Assembly (NCBI GenBank): GCA_027923505.1
Contig: BROI01000018.1
Span: forward strand, 620,001-684,000
Direction of reading: 5' to 3'
Length of the DNA: 64,000 nt
Source: Mayamaea pseudoterrestris
Lineage: Eukaryota
Of this stretch, positions 10,021 to 21,230 are shown in pieces. Every line of letters starts with the position of its first letter. The stretch's first letter is position 1. The translations under genes were made by a program, and so were the position numbers. The notes beneath the pieces are model-generated. The model did no database searches. It worked only from the letters and a program-made list of their open reading frames with translations, and was not told where the DNA came from.

Positions 10021-11739
10021 ATGACCTTTACGAAACATTTTATAAACCAGCGGCAATGTCTGCCATCCTTTCATCAAGGCCATGGTAGAATACGAGTCAA
10101 AAGACTCGTTCTTTCCGCAGCATGGATTCTTTCCTCCTCGACACGACGCTCCATGGCAATCATTGCCGAAGGGAAGGGAAGAACCATCATTAGCAACTCC
10201 GGAGATGCGACTAAAACAGCAAAAGGAGTAGCAGATGCCTTGGAACAATTTACAGATTGCTTGCGGAAGCTACAGGATCCTCAAGCACGAGCAGCGAGGT
10301 TAACCAAAACATCACCGTCGTTGCAGCGTGCCACGCTGCGAAGCTTAGCGCTAGCCATTTTTGAAAACTATCCAACCCTACCGTGGTATCGCCCCGACAA
10401 GCAAGGATGGGAAAAGACACGGATTCTTCGCTTTCTAGCGGAGGATTGTACGCCATCGCACGACAAGGTTGCCGACGCTGCTCAAACATTCACAAGACGA
10501 CTCGAACATTTGCAGCAAGAATCAAAAGCATCGGAACAAGTAGATGGCCATTCTCTCCACCCAAAAAAGCCATCCATGCACGCCCTGCAGCAAGCATGTA
10601 CGCCGGAATACGAACGAGTCATTACACAATTGCTACAGATTCAAGCTGATCAGGGACTCGCCTTTTTGCTACACCTTCGACGAGACTTGCTTCATTGGAT
10701 GGCCTTTCAGCGAGAACAGCCACTACACGATCGGCAAGCCCTACGCAACTGTCAACAGCTGGACGAATATCTTGCATGTCTCTTCCAAACATGGTTTGCG
10801 CCTGGCTTGCTAAAGGTTGAACGCATTACGTATGATACAACTAGTGCCGCAATCATTGAACGCATTGCTCGCAACGAGGCCGTCCACCCAGTCCAAGATT
10901 TGGCTGATTTACGGCGACGACTGGGAGGAACGGATAGACGCGTCTTTTGCATCTTTCACCCGTTGCTCGACAAGTGTCAGCCGCTGCTGGTCCTTTACGT
11001 GGCGCTCACGGATCGCGTGCCAAACTCTATGAACGTCATTCACGATCATCCAAGTAAGCAAGTCGACAATGTGTTACGCGTCGCAACCTTTTACTCTATC
11101 AGCAACTTTGAAACGGGTTTAAAAGGCGTTGGTCTGGGCGAGTACTTGATCCATCAAGCGGTGGATTTACTGCGCACGGAGCTGCCACAATTGAAAATCT
11201 TTTGCACGCTGAGTCCGTTGCCCAAGTTTCGCAGTTGGCTGCAGGAGCGGACTGCGGCCAATGCCAGTGGAACGTTTGCTTCGTCCCACTTACTGAACGA
11301 GACAATGAGGCAAAAGCTTGCGGATGCGCTAAATGTGACTCCGGATCAATCCATTGTCGCCATGCTAGACTACTTAAGTGACAATGTGACGGCTGCAGAA
11401 GACATTGAATTGAACAATTCGCGCGACGTCGGACCACAAATGGTTGTTATACGGGATGCTTTGATGCAACTTGCGGCGCACTATCTTATCAACGAAAAGC
11501 ATCGGGAGCAGCCGCTTGATCCGGTGGCCCGCTTCCACATTGGTAATGGCGCATTGGTGCACGCCATTCGATGGGGCGCCGACAATTCTAGTCGAGGATG
11601 GAGCAATAGCTTTGGCATTATGGTCAATTACGAATACGACTTGGAATGCCTCACTGAGCATCAAGTGCAGCACGAGCAATCGCTCGTCGTACCAATGCGT
11701 GACAATGTGAGAAGCCTATTAGTCGATTCCAGCCTATAG
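10021..11739 (+). CDS. MLYCD: Malonyl-CoA decarboxylase
   Basis: WFAPGLL..RIT..T.A.IIE.IA..EAVHP, RRVF...HP, ATFYSISN...GL.GV.LG..LI, F.TLSPLP.FR.WL, DPVARFHIGNGA and S.GIMVNY.Y. The first ATG is at 10021. Confidence 0.95.
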   Translation: MTFTKHFINQRQCLPSFHQGHGRIRVKRLVLSAAWILSSSTRRSMAIIAEGKGRTIISNSGDATKTAKGVADALEQFTDCLRKLQDPQARAARLTKTSPSLQRATLRSLALAIFENYPTLPWYRPDKQGWEKTRILRFLAEDCTPSHDKVADAAQTFTRRLEHLQQESKASEQVDGHSLHPKKPSMHALQQACTPEYERVITQLLQIQADQGLAFLLHLRRDLLHWMAFQREQPLHDRQALRNCQQLDEYLACLFQTWFAPGLLKVERITYDTTSAAIIERIARNEAVHPVQDLADLRRRLGGTDRRVFCIFHPLLDKCQPLLVLYVALTDRVPNSMNVIHDHPSKQVDNVLRVATFYSISNFETGLKGVGLGEYLIHQAVDLLRTELPQLKIFCTLSPLPKFRSWLQERTAANASGTFASSHLLNETMRQKLADALNVTPDQSIVAMLDYLSDNVTAAEDIELNNSRDVGPQMVVIRDALMQLAAHYLINEKHREQPLDPVARFHIGNGALVHAIRWGADNSSRGWSNSFGIMVNYEYDLECLTEHQVQHEQSLVVPMRDNVRSLLVDSSL

Positions 11740-11932
11740 CGAAGTTTGTTCGATGAAGAATCGACAGAATGTAGCCACCAAGCTCACGCGGATTAGCTCT
11801 TATGGCCAGAAAGATCAGATTGGTCAAGCGCATCTGTCAGTACTGTACTGTAAAACCTACTACTACTGTCAGTCCATGCATAAGATAGGTTTCTAATCAC
11901 AAAATGTAGCAGCTATCGACAAAGTAGTGACA

Positions 11933-13603
11933 CTAAACGACCGCTGGCAGACTACTAGTAGGTCCACGACCGAAACCGTCGCCTTCAACTGCCCTTTCCT
12001 CGCTCTCAGCATGCGCAGCCTCGCCATTTTCACGTCCAGACGACTCCATTTGCGACTGAATTCGCGTCGACGCTTCCATTTCCGCCTCGCGCAGCAAATT
12101 GTGAAACTGCGCCGCCCGCAAGCAGCACATGAACCAAACTAAACCAGGCAGCACCATGACGGAAAGGGCGCTCTTAAAAATTTCCTCGTTCGTCATGACG
12201 TTTATGACATCATCGTCAACTGCAGTATCTGTGGGATGACTCTTGCTTGCATTGTAAGGATTACCGCCATGTGTCGCCTCATAGTCTCGCTCCTGCTCAT
12301 CCTGCATGGCTTGATCCATTCTGACCGTCAAATAATAGTTGAACAGCATCCACCCCACGCCTACCACTACCGTTCCCATCAAATAGACGCGCGCCAAGGC
12401 TAGCCGCGTTTCACTGGCAGCGCGAATACCGACGAGCGCAACGTAGACGCCAAGCAACGACAGACACAAGTCCACCAAATTGATCCAGCCCCAAGGGTTT
12501 TGTTCGAGCGGCATGTATGGATCATAACTCTCGTAACCACCATTCGTCGAACTGCTGCTGTTGTTCATTGTTGCGTTATAGTCATCGCTACTGCTGCTGC
12601 TGCCCCCTCCGCCATTATAATGATGCGCATACATGTCATCGTCCAAATTAACAAAAACGTCGTCCACTTGCATGGCTGGTGGATATCCGCTCGACGCTGC
12701 TCCCGAGTGTCGAGCCGCCGCCTCCTCCTGCGGCACACCCATAAAGATTGCCAGAAGATTTAATAGCTCCATGGTGGAAATCATGAGCAGCATGAACGAA
12801 AATAGCTTGACATTGGACTGCGCCTCCATGTATTCCACCGAGCCCAGTACCAAAATTTGTGAACGTCGCTCCGCCTCGTCGGCGTTCAATACAATCGTTG
12901 GAACGTGTGCGCCTCCGGAATTTGAATCGTCGCCATCGTCGTCGTTGCATGGCGTTCGCTGGTTTCCCTTGGCGTGACTGTCGTTACCATTGTCGCCTTC
13001 CAAAATGACGCGTGGCTTTGGAAAAAGGTGTACAATGGTATTCTCCGCATTTATTCCAGCCTGCTCCAAGGTCGAATCATCGGCCAGTAGCTTGCCTCTA
13101 TAGAAGATGCGCTGTCCGGAAACTGGAACCTTGTGGATCAGACTTCCAGCCGTCTTGAATTGAGCGACGGTCCAACTTGGATGCACTGGAATGCGAAACT
13201 TGGTCTGATGGCCGTCCAAGAGAATCAGAGTCATGGATGGAGTCGGGAGGTTTTCAATCGTTGTCTTGCTGACTTTGGCTTTGCTACCTTTCGTTGCTGT
13301 CGAAGAGGTACTAACGCTGCTCGTCATGCTTGACACGGAAGCGCCGTCTTCCTCATCCTGCGCTGCAAGTGTTTGGTAGGGACGTCGCTGCCGCCGGCCT
13401 GGAAGCGCTGACATTAATGGAGGAGCACTTACGGTAGTAGACGAATTCAAGTCAATATCATTCAATTGGTCCTCCTCGTCGCCCTCATTTGATAGTACTG
13501 GTCGATAGGACTGACGCGAAGGGTCAGAGCCTCCTGCGCCTCCTCTCCGCGTGTTGCTGTTGCTGCTGTTACTCGTGCCTGCAGTATTTCGGTTGCTGCT
13601 CAT
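11933..13603 (-). CDS. Ubiquitin-like domain plus multi-pass transmembrane protein
   Basis: Ubl segment (WTVAQFK...QRIFYRGKLLADDSTLEQAGI..NTIVHL) followed by four hydrophobic helices. Confidence 0.8.
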   Translation of the reverse strand: MSSNRNTAGTSNSSNSNTRRGGAGGSDPSRQSYRPVLSNEGDEEDQLNDIDLNSSTTVSAPPLMSALPGRRQRRPYQTLAAQDEEDGASVSSMTSSVSTSSTATKGSKAKVSKTTIENLPTPSMTLILLDGHQTKFRIPVHPSWTVAQFKTAGSLIHKVPVSGQRIFYRGKLLADDSTLEQAGINAENTIVHLFPKPRVILEGDNGNDSHAKGNQRTPCNDDDGDDSNSGGAHVPTIVLNADEAERRSQILVLGSVEYMEAQSNVKLFSFMLLMISTMELLNLLAIFMGVPQEEAAARHSGAASSGYPPAMQVDDVFVNLDDDMYAHHYNGGGGSSSSSDDYNATMNNSSSSTNGGYESYDPYMPLEQNPWGWINLVDLCLSLLGVYVALVGIRAASETRLALARVYLMGTVVVGVGWMLFNYYLTVRMDQAMQDEQERDYEATHGGNPYNASKSHPTDTAVDDDVINVMTNEEIFKSALSVMVLPGLVWFMCCLRAAQFHNLLREAEMEASTRIQSQMESSGRENGEAAHAESEERAVEGDGFGRGPTSSLPAVV

Positions 13604-14868
13604 CTTGGGTGACGTTAATTTGTAAAAAATATTTGTAGAATATTTTGTAGCTTACTTCCGCATATATGACTGCTGAGACGTGTAGTAACGATGAACGAGA
13701 GATATAGAGAGAAGTCAATCGTCTCGAAACGCAGCGCCGCCGCCAACATCCATCATGGCCGACGAGACACGTGGTGACGTGAATGAGGCAGGTATTAACC
13801 TTCCCGCTAATAGAGCTATCGGGAGTCAAACCGTCTACACTATAAACGACAGTACATTTGTACACTTTTAAATACAGTAAGCAAGCGCGGAGGAGCAACC
13901 GACCGCGACGCGAGCGTTCGCACCAAAACTGACCGAACCGCCACTTGCCTCCAAGCTTGGATGCAACGAAAGAAAAGCATTGCTGCAAGGAACGCAACAG
14001 TGACTGTTCAAACTGAATATAGGAGACTAACAAAAAGGCTTTCTAAATGTGAGTTTATCTTTGACTTAATGGAGTGGGAAGAACAAGACTGGAGTCGTCG
14101 AAAAGTGTGGCTGCTTCACACTTCACACTTCACGCTGCAGTTTCGTAAACCGCCCTTTGTTGACGACTTTCACGCGACCTTCCATCTTTTCAACTGGTTG
14201 CCACTCTTCTTGTCTTTTTTGCTTTGCATCAAGCCGAGTGGAAAAGCAGAAGCGACAGAGGAAATTGGCTGCGGATTCTGGATCGTCAATGCGTTCGTCG
14301 TCCGTTTCTTGTTGCTTGTTGCTTGTTGCTCGAGAACTTTCGTGCCTTTTGGGCCTGCCTATGAGTTAATTCTTTCGCAGATTTCATCTTGCCATCATCC
14401 ATTCCTTCAATAACATCGTCTCAAACTCCATGGTCCAGCAGCCGCAAGGCACGAGTCGCTGGTCGTTCGCCTCTCCTCCAAATTCCGCGACCTGTTTCTG
14501 AAACCCGGAATCACGTGAACGTGTCACATCGGAACTGTTTTGTGTTTGTTGCTTTTTAATTGGCTATAAGCTGTTTCCTTGCGTCATTCATGATGGTGGT
14601 CAATAACAAGCGAGTCATTCCGATTCGTTTGGCGTCAAGCTGTCCGGCAACAGCAATGCCAAAGAACATGCCATCCTTGACACGCTTTGGCTGCTCTGCC
14701 TCCTTGCACCCAACTTGTTGATCGCTGGAAAGAGTGTCGTCGTGATCTATAATCCTGGGACTGCAACTGGAACTGCAAACGCAAGTCTGACTTGTCTCTT
14801 TTGATTCTCTTTTCCAGAGCAGAAACTACCAAGAACAAAAAGATCAGCAACATCCAATACTCTTTAGC

Positions 14869-16314
14869 ATGGATCAACCGCAAATTCACATGCGCCGACA
14901 CAACTCGCTGCCAGCGAACCGAGGCAGTTCGAGTCTTTTGCTGCGCAACGTTTCCAATCGTTTCAATCCTCATGTTGGAACCTTTCGCCATGCGCCTCCG
15001 TGTGCAGCGGTGACGCGCGAGTTGAAGCTCACGTTTACTACGTCGAACAAAATATCTACCATGTCGAACTACAGCAGCAGCAACATTAGCAAGCATTTCT
15101 TGACTTTGAACGACAGCAAGTCTCCCTACGTTGGATCCTTTCGACATGCGCCGGCGTACTCTAACAAGTCATGGCTTGAATCGGCGCTCTGCGAGTTGCT
15201 CTTTTCGCATACGCACGGGCAAAAGGGTTTCGGCTTGTCGGATTTGCTAATGATTAGTGGGCATTTGCGTGGAGGAAGTCCCTATTGGAGGCGGCAGTCG
15301 GATGACAATGAAGGTCGTCATTCCTCGCGCTCCACCAGCGCTGTATCTTCCGTCTTGGTCAAGCTTGCCTGCTGGGTACTCTTTGGTGAGCAACCCACCA
15401 AGTCGTCGCGCATTCGCAACAAGTCGCACTCTGGATCCTTCACTGACTTTGGACGACAAGATTCAGTTTCGGATGATTCATCCATGTGCACCGATTCGGA
15501 TGATCATTCCTGCTGCACAACGCTTTCGAATGGTCCTCCAGCAAGCTCTCTTCAACCTAGCAATCAAGCATCGACATCAACAAATCTGACCCTCATTTCG
15601 AGTCAAGCGGAAGCATACTATGCGCACGCCATGGTCAGCAAGGAAACGGCCCTGACGGCTGATATTTCCGATGAGGAGGCCATTGCGAACTTGGATTATA
15701 CTGTCAGCATTACGCAAATGGATGTAGTTCGCATGATGCGCAACGCCTCGCGGCACTTGGACGTTGAATCAATTGTTCAGCTTCCAGTTGTTACCTATCA
15801 AGCGTCATTGGCAAATGGAGTTGAAGGCGACCAGCTAGAACAAGTGGTCGAGAAGGAGGAGGAAGCGGTGGAACAATTGTCTAGTACTGGAAGTTTTACA
15901 TCGGTGGCGGATGATTCCACAGCCACGCCCGAGGAAATGAGTTGGTTGCTCATTCGACGTGAGGAAGATGGCGGATCAAACAAGAAGAATGCCGCTGCGG
16001 TGACGACGGTCGCTAATGTGCAACCCAAAAGATCGCGGGAGACGAGTGATACAGATCATATTTGCGTCATTTGCCTTGAGCACTTTGTCGCCGGCGATCG
16101 TTTGCGCGTCTTGCCTTGTCATCACTCATTTCATGTTGGCTGCATTGACCGGTGGTTGTCTGGATCGAGCTCGTTTGACGACTGCATCACGAGTGGTTGT
16201 CCGACCTGCAAGAAGCGTCCCGATATGGACGAGACGAATGTCGTGGATGGAAGCGTTCCGTCGTGGGCCTTTGCGCGCATTGGAAATGCATTGGCGACGT
16301 CGCAGAGTGGATAA
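14869..16314 (+). CDS. RING-H2 E3 ubiquitin ligase (5' end uncertain)
   Basis: CVICLEHF...[19 protein letters not shown]...CPTCK. The frame stays open upstream to an acceptor-like ttttccag at about 14817. Confidence 0.88.
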   Translation: MDQPQIHMRRHNSLPANRGSSSLLLRNVSNRFNPHVGTFRHAPPCAAVTRELKLTFTTSNKISTMSNYSSSNISKHFLTLNDSKSPYVGSFRHAPAYSNKSWLESALCELLFSHTHGQKGFGLSDLLMISGHLRGGSPYWRRQSDDNEGRHSSRSTSAVSSVLVKLACWVLFGEQPTKSSRIRNKSHSGSFTDFGRQDSVSDDSSMCTDSDDHSCCTTLSNGPPASSLQPSNQASTSTNLTLISSQAEAYYAHAMVSKETALTADISDEEAIANLDYTVSITQMDVVRMMRNASRHLDVESIVQLPVVTYQASLANGVEGDQLEQVVEKEEEAVEQLSSTGSFTSVADDSTATPEEMSWLLIRREEDGGSNKKNAAAVTTVANVQPKRSRETSDTDHICVICLEHFVAGDRLRVLPCHHSFHVGCIDRWLSGSSSFDDCITSGCPTCKKRPDMDETNVVDGSVPSWAFARIGNALATSQSG

Positions 16315-16836
16315 TGGGGAGGAAATGGAACGAGGGCATTTGCAGTTTTAGCCAGTTTGGATTCTGCTTATTCGGCAAAAGGCACGTCGAATGGAACCAC
16401 CATCTGCATTGTATACATGTTCGAAATGCGTAAGCGCTGATTACATGCTGACATCTCACGCGCTTTGCTCTGTATGACACGAATCTATTATAGACAATGT
16501 TTTTGCACTATATATATATATATTATTCCAGCACTAACTGTACAAATGGTTGAGCGCATTCGCCTCGCATGCTCAACTACTGCTCATTCTCATCTACCGG
16601 CTCGATTTTGACGCTCCTCTGCCCTTCTGCATGTGTGATGCAGTGCTCTCTAGCCGTAAGCAATGGAACCACGCATTTATAGGTATCCACACTGTCAGAG
16701 CTTCCTCCATGAATAATTATATGCATGGTGATGTCACCGATATTTTGCCTGCTTTGCGCGATGGCATGTACGGCTGGCTATTCAGTAGACGCAAGTTCAT
16801 AGTTTGTGACATAAGTCAAAAAATTTTAATCAATAG

Positions 16837-17949
16837 TTAGATCTCCTCTATGACTTCATTGTCAGAGTCATTGTTGAGTGGCTCGCAGAGTTTCATGAGT
16901 GCTTCAAACGCCTTTGGGTCACCTCCAGTAAGTGACGCAAGGTGTACGGCGTCGATTGGCGCCCGATAGCTCGCCAGAGGATCCGAGCGGACTTGCTTGT
17001 CCGTCTCGACGATTCGCATCTCTGGCATATCTGAATCCATGGCTTCCAGTTCGTCCCACGTGTATAACAAGGTATCCGTCCGTCGTCCCCAAACGTTGAA
17101 ATCAACAATCCATACTTTTTCATGCTGGTCAACGTAACAATCAAATACGTACTTCACGATAGCACCATTGGCAAATTTGCCGCAAACAATCTCGTCAAAG
17201 AATTCGACAATGAGTGAGCGAATCATGTAGGCATCGCGCTGCAGGTGTGGAAAGTGTTGTGAGTCGTGGCGCTGGCAAACGGCAACAAGCTCATTCTCCT
17301 TGACAAAACAGCGAAACTCGTGTGAAGGATACAAGTTGCACCACTTGCGCAGTGCAAGCTGGAGCTGAAAGTCATTGTTTGCGTCGCCAGTAACATCGCG
17401 CTGCTCGTCATGGCATACATCCATCAAGGCATGGTGCACATCGTAGGAACAAAAGTCGCTTGACTTGAGCAGCAAGTAAACGTCTCCAGGCGTTTGACAT
17501 TTAAGAGTTCCAGCATTCATCCATATCGAGTCCTTTGGCGAGCTCCAATTAAGTTTGGGTATGACGGATCCACCAAGTTCAGTAATCGCTGATTCAATGC
17601 GAGCGTCAAGGTCGGGAAAGGTAAAAGCGGATGGTACATTGTCCGATGAATCACCCACACTGCCGTTAACGTCAAATTCATCATCAAAGTCATTTTGATT
17701 TTGCTCAGCAGGAAGAAATGATGATGTCTTTGATCCTGCCGGAAGTCGAACGCCGTCGCTGCGAAGATAAGCTCGAAATTCCTCCGACAAGTCGATAATG
17801 ATCGTTTGTATGGTACCCTTTGTGCGTCGGAGCGAATTGCGCGGCAGTTTTGCAAAGGTTGGATACCAAGATAAAATTTGGCAGTGCAAGACTTCGTCCA
17901 ATGATGGAAGAGGACCCTCTCGTGCTGCCTCGGCTGGGTGAGGTTCCAT
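16837..17949 (-). CDS. CDC123: CDC123/D123 ATP-grasp protein (eIF2 assembly factor)
   Basis: CQILSWYPTF, YLRSDGVRLP, LGGSVIPKLNWSSPKDSIWM, LLLKSSDF, LRKW..L.PSHEFRCFVK, YVFDCY and WIVDFN. Confidence 0.96.
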   Translation of the reverse strand: MEPHPAEAAREGPLPSLDEVLHCQILSWYPTFAKLPRNSLRRTKGTIQTIIIDLSEEFRAYLRSDGVRLPAGSKTSSFLPAEQNQNDFDDEFDVNGSVGDSSDNVPSAFTFPDLDARIESAITELGGSVIPKLNWSSPKDSIWMNAGTLKCQTPGDVYLLLKSSDFCSYDVHHALMDVCHDEQRDVTGDANNDFQLQLALRKWCNLYPSHEFRCFVKENELVAVCQRHDSQHFPHLQRDAYMIRSLIVEFFDEIVCGKFANGAIVKYVFDCYVDQHEKVWIVDFNVWGRRTDTLLYTWDELEAMDSDMPEMRIVETDKQVRSDPLASYRAPIDAVHLASLTGGDPKAFEALMKLCEPLNNDSDNEVIEEI

Positions 17950-18061
17950 TGTGAATCTGCAATTTGTTTCTCGATGAAGGTGAATCGACCGTGGATTAAT
18001 GGCTTGACTCTAATCACTCCTCACGTTCCTCAACAACTAAGCAATATGATGTAACCTATTT

Positions 18062-18295
18062 CTACTTGTTCACGTCAAATGTAGTGGCAGGTTCCTGTTC
18101 AATGCGGTCGCGCAACTGCCGCGAAACGCGTGCTTGCGCCACGGGTCGATCCGTCAAAAAGGCAACGGCTCCCTTGGAGAGTTGCACAAAGACTTGGCCT
18201 TTGGTATTTCCCGACGTGAGTTCCTGCTGGGCGACGCGGAGCTCCTCAATGGATGGCTTGGATGGAGTCGACGAAGTAGATGATGATGATGGCAT
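18062..18295 (-). CDS. ASDURF: Small beta-prefoldin-like protein resembling ASDURF (77 aa; alternative in-frame ATG at 18334)
   Basis: SIEELRVAQQELTSGNTKGQVFVQLSKGAVAFLTDRPVAQARVSRQL has a helix-hairpin-helix pattern. It matches, from memory, human ASDURF [36 protein letters not shown]. Confidence 0.65.
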   Translation of the reverse strand: MPSSSSTSSTPSKPSIEELRVAQQELTSGNTKGQVFVQLSKGAVAFLTDRPVAQARVSRQLRDRIEQEPATTFDVNK

Positions 18296-18668
18296 CTGGA
18301 CGATGAGTCGATCGATGGTTTTGCTTGCATGCATTGCTTGGTCGAGTCGTCGCGCATTGTGGCGCGACGGCGCGGCGACAGTCAGTCACACTGGTTAATG
18401 AAAGCGGTTGCTGTGCTCCGAACCATGTTGAAGTGGCAATAGCATGACTCGTTATCCAGTCTCCAATGCTTTACTCCGTGACTTTCCCTTTCCACCTTTT
18501 CACTTAATGGGCGATAGTATTAATGAATAGACATGCGTAGTTGTTTGCAATTCAATGTGTTTCACGTACGATTGTCTTTTCATGCGAACCTCTTTCACGA
18601 CCCAACGCGAAACTGCGGCGCACAAGACCTCTCACACTTCCTGCAAGGAAGAGCCTGTTGCCATCATC

Positions 18669-20722
18669 ATGTCGACCATGGAAAGGCCTCAGAATGCACC
18701 TCCTCGACTCATCATCATCGATCCGCATCAGCAAGGTGAGTCAAACGGAAATTGCAAGCATGGAGTATTATTGGCTTATTTGGTGGGGGATGGAGAAGAA
18801 TAGGAGATGGCGAATGACATCATGCGAATGACGTGTGAGAGGGGCCATCCGTCCCAGCATGCAGTATGTGACGTCCTAATTGATGGATGCAATAGGATGT
18901 CCGCGTTATCCGACGTCCTAGACTCGCTAATACTTCGACTTGATTGGGAATGCATTGGCTGAGCTTGCTTGGAGCTAGTCAACGCATTGACGCTTTGACT
19001 TGCACCTTCACTCACGGATGTTTTGCATTCTTTCCAGACGCCCATATCAGTCACAGTCACAGTCACGCCATGACCATGGTGACTCGCGTTCCGTCGACGA
19101 CTTCGAGACGTCGCACTGCGCGGGGAGCTGGCTCGGCAACCTCCGACAATGACTCGAGCACGCAAAACATTGGCGGCAGCGGAGGCAGTACTGTCAATGG
19201 CGGGGGACCCAAGACGGGACGAAAGGGAGATGCTCGCATGCACCGAGCGGTTGCGGCACGGTTGGCGGATGGCGCCATCAGCTTGTTTGAGGCTCTGCAG
19301 ATTGGAGGCTTTGGATACAGTGTCGATGACGATGCCAATGCACTCGATCAGGAAGGTGTAACGCTAGGACAACGCAAGAACCAATTGTCTCGACGACTTC
19401 GACAGGCTCGCAAGCATCCTCATCCGGGCATGGAAGATTTCATCCAAACTGAAAATGAACGCAAGCGGCAAAATGTACTGCTGGATGAGGAAGTGGAGGA
19501 ATGCCGCAAGACTCCAAAGCAAGCCAAGACGGAGCATGAGCAAGCATTTCTGCCCAAGAACCATCCAGCTTATGGCCATTCCATGATTCCACAGGCTCGG
19601 ACAGGCCAACAGCAAGGCTCTGACGCGAATGCTGTCCACTACACCAACCAAAATGGCAAAAATGGATATCATAAGATTCCGTCGCAGGTTCATGTTCAGC
19701 ATCAACAAGAACCAATGTACGCAACGTCTCCGCATCCAGACCCTCCATCGGGAGTTGCTCTTGCAACGTTTCATTCCATTGCACAGTCGCTTGGAATGAG
19801 CATGGAGCAACTTGCGCTCGCGCTCAGTTCGTCGGACAATTTGCTGCAAGCCTTGTCAACCGATGAAAAAGAGAAGCGAAGAAAGCAAATGGAGCTGGCT
19901 TGTAACCTGTATACGAATGAGCTGCAAGCACTCATTCAAAGGTGCATGCTTCTGGCTGGCTACACGATTGAGCGGGCGCAGGAAGGTACTCCATGCAACC
20001 TTGAGTTTTCGGTTCTTGCTTGGAAGCAGGAAGGCGAGCGTCTCAAGGCTATCTACAACCAAAAATACATTAACGAGCCGCCGATTCAAGCCACCATTGA
20101 TCAAGTACTTTCCGCCACCAAGGAACACGCTGCGTCCAAATGTCGCAGCAAGCACTCGCAGTCGAATGACACAAAAGCGCCGCAGCCGGCCATGGTTCAA
20201 GTCCAAATAGACACGAGGGCCGTCCAGGACCAACACAATTGTTCCTTTCCTGACGGTCGTCATCTCCATTTACTCGAAGGCAAGTGCGGCCACAAGGCTA
20301 TTTTGCATCAGCCGGCCAACGGCAATGCCCACATTGACTTTGTCGTTGGCAATAAGATTGAGTGCTACGCTCACGTCCAGCCGATTGCCAATGGTCACGC
20401 GCAAAACATTTCCGTGTGGCCTTCGCAGTACAACTGTCAGGGCGAGGAGGTGGCTTCATCGGCCAAGTCGGCATGCTCGCAGTCCGTGGTGGGTGATCAG
20501 CATCATGACGATGCGAGTACGGTGAACACGCCTCGCATTTTGGATTTGGATGACGTTGACTTTACCGGACAAGAGTGGAATGCTGAGTTCACAAATGATG
20601 AATCGTTGTTGGGTTTGTTCAAGCTATCCGATGGCCGATCGCTAGGACCGTCGGACTGTCATTCGCTCATGGGAGCGTCAACGACTGGGAGCCTGCATGG
20701 GTCGAGACAGCATGATGAGTAG
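18669..20722 (+). CDS. Hypothetical protein with basic helical N-domain and His/Cys motif; exons 18669-18735, 19038-20722
   Basis: An in-phase GT-AG intron lies at 18736-19037. Motifs are DARMHRAVAARL..SLFEAL..GGF, LGQRKNQLSRRLR and HLHLLEGKCGHKAILH..HIDFVV. Confidence 0.75.
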
Positions 20723-21230
20723 ACGATCTTTATTTATTGTATATAGGTGTACATGCGATGTAACGCAACCTGCGTCACCTCTTTTAGTTTATCTGTACCA
20801 GAAACACCTGTGTAGTGCATGTCGCTTTGGCATAAGCTTATAACCACCGCCTCGATGCTGAATTCCAATCTAAGATTGCCAGAAACAGATCATATGTCAA
20901 ACTATACACTGACGGTGCCGTCACACAGTATTGCACTGCGCCGGTGAGATGGTGATGAGGCAGCGGTGATATACTGAGTGTGATGTGCCGATGACGAGCC
21001 GGGTTGCACAAAGAGTGTCGAACGCTTTTCAGTGACGATCATGAATGCTACTTTGCAACTATAAATAACATACTCTTCTACAAAAAAGTTATATCCAGTG
21101 CATTTATCGTTGTGCCCGAAGCCGCTGACGCCCATTGCCAAATACCGCGAGCTACGGCGCAGTTACCTTTTATTAATACCAGCCCGCCCATTTTCATTGA
21201 GCCACCACCAATTCGCTGTCACTATGGCAT

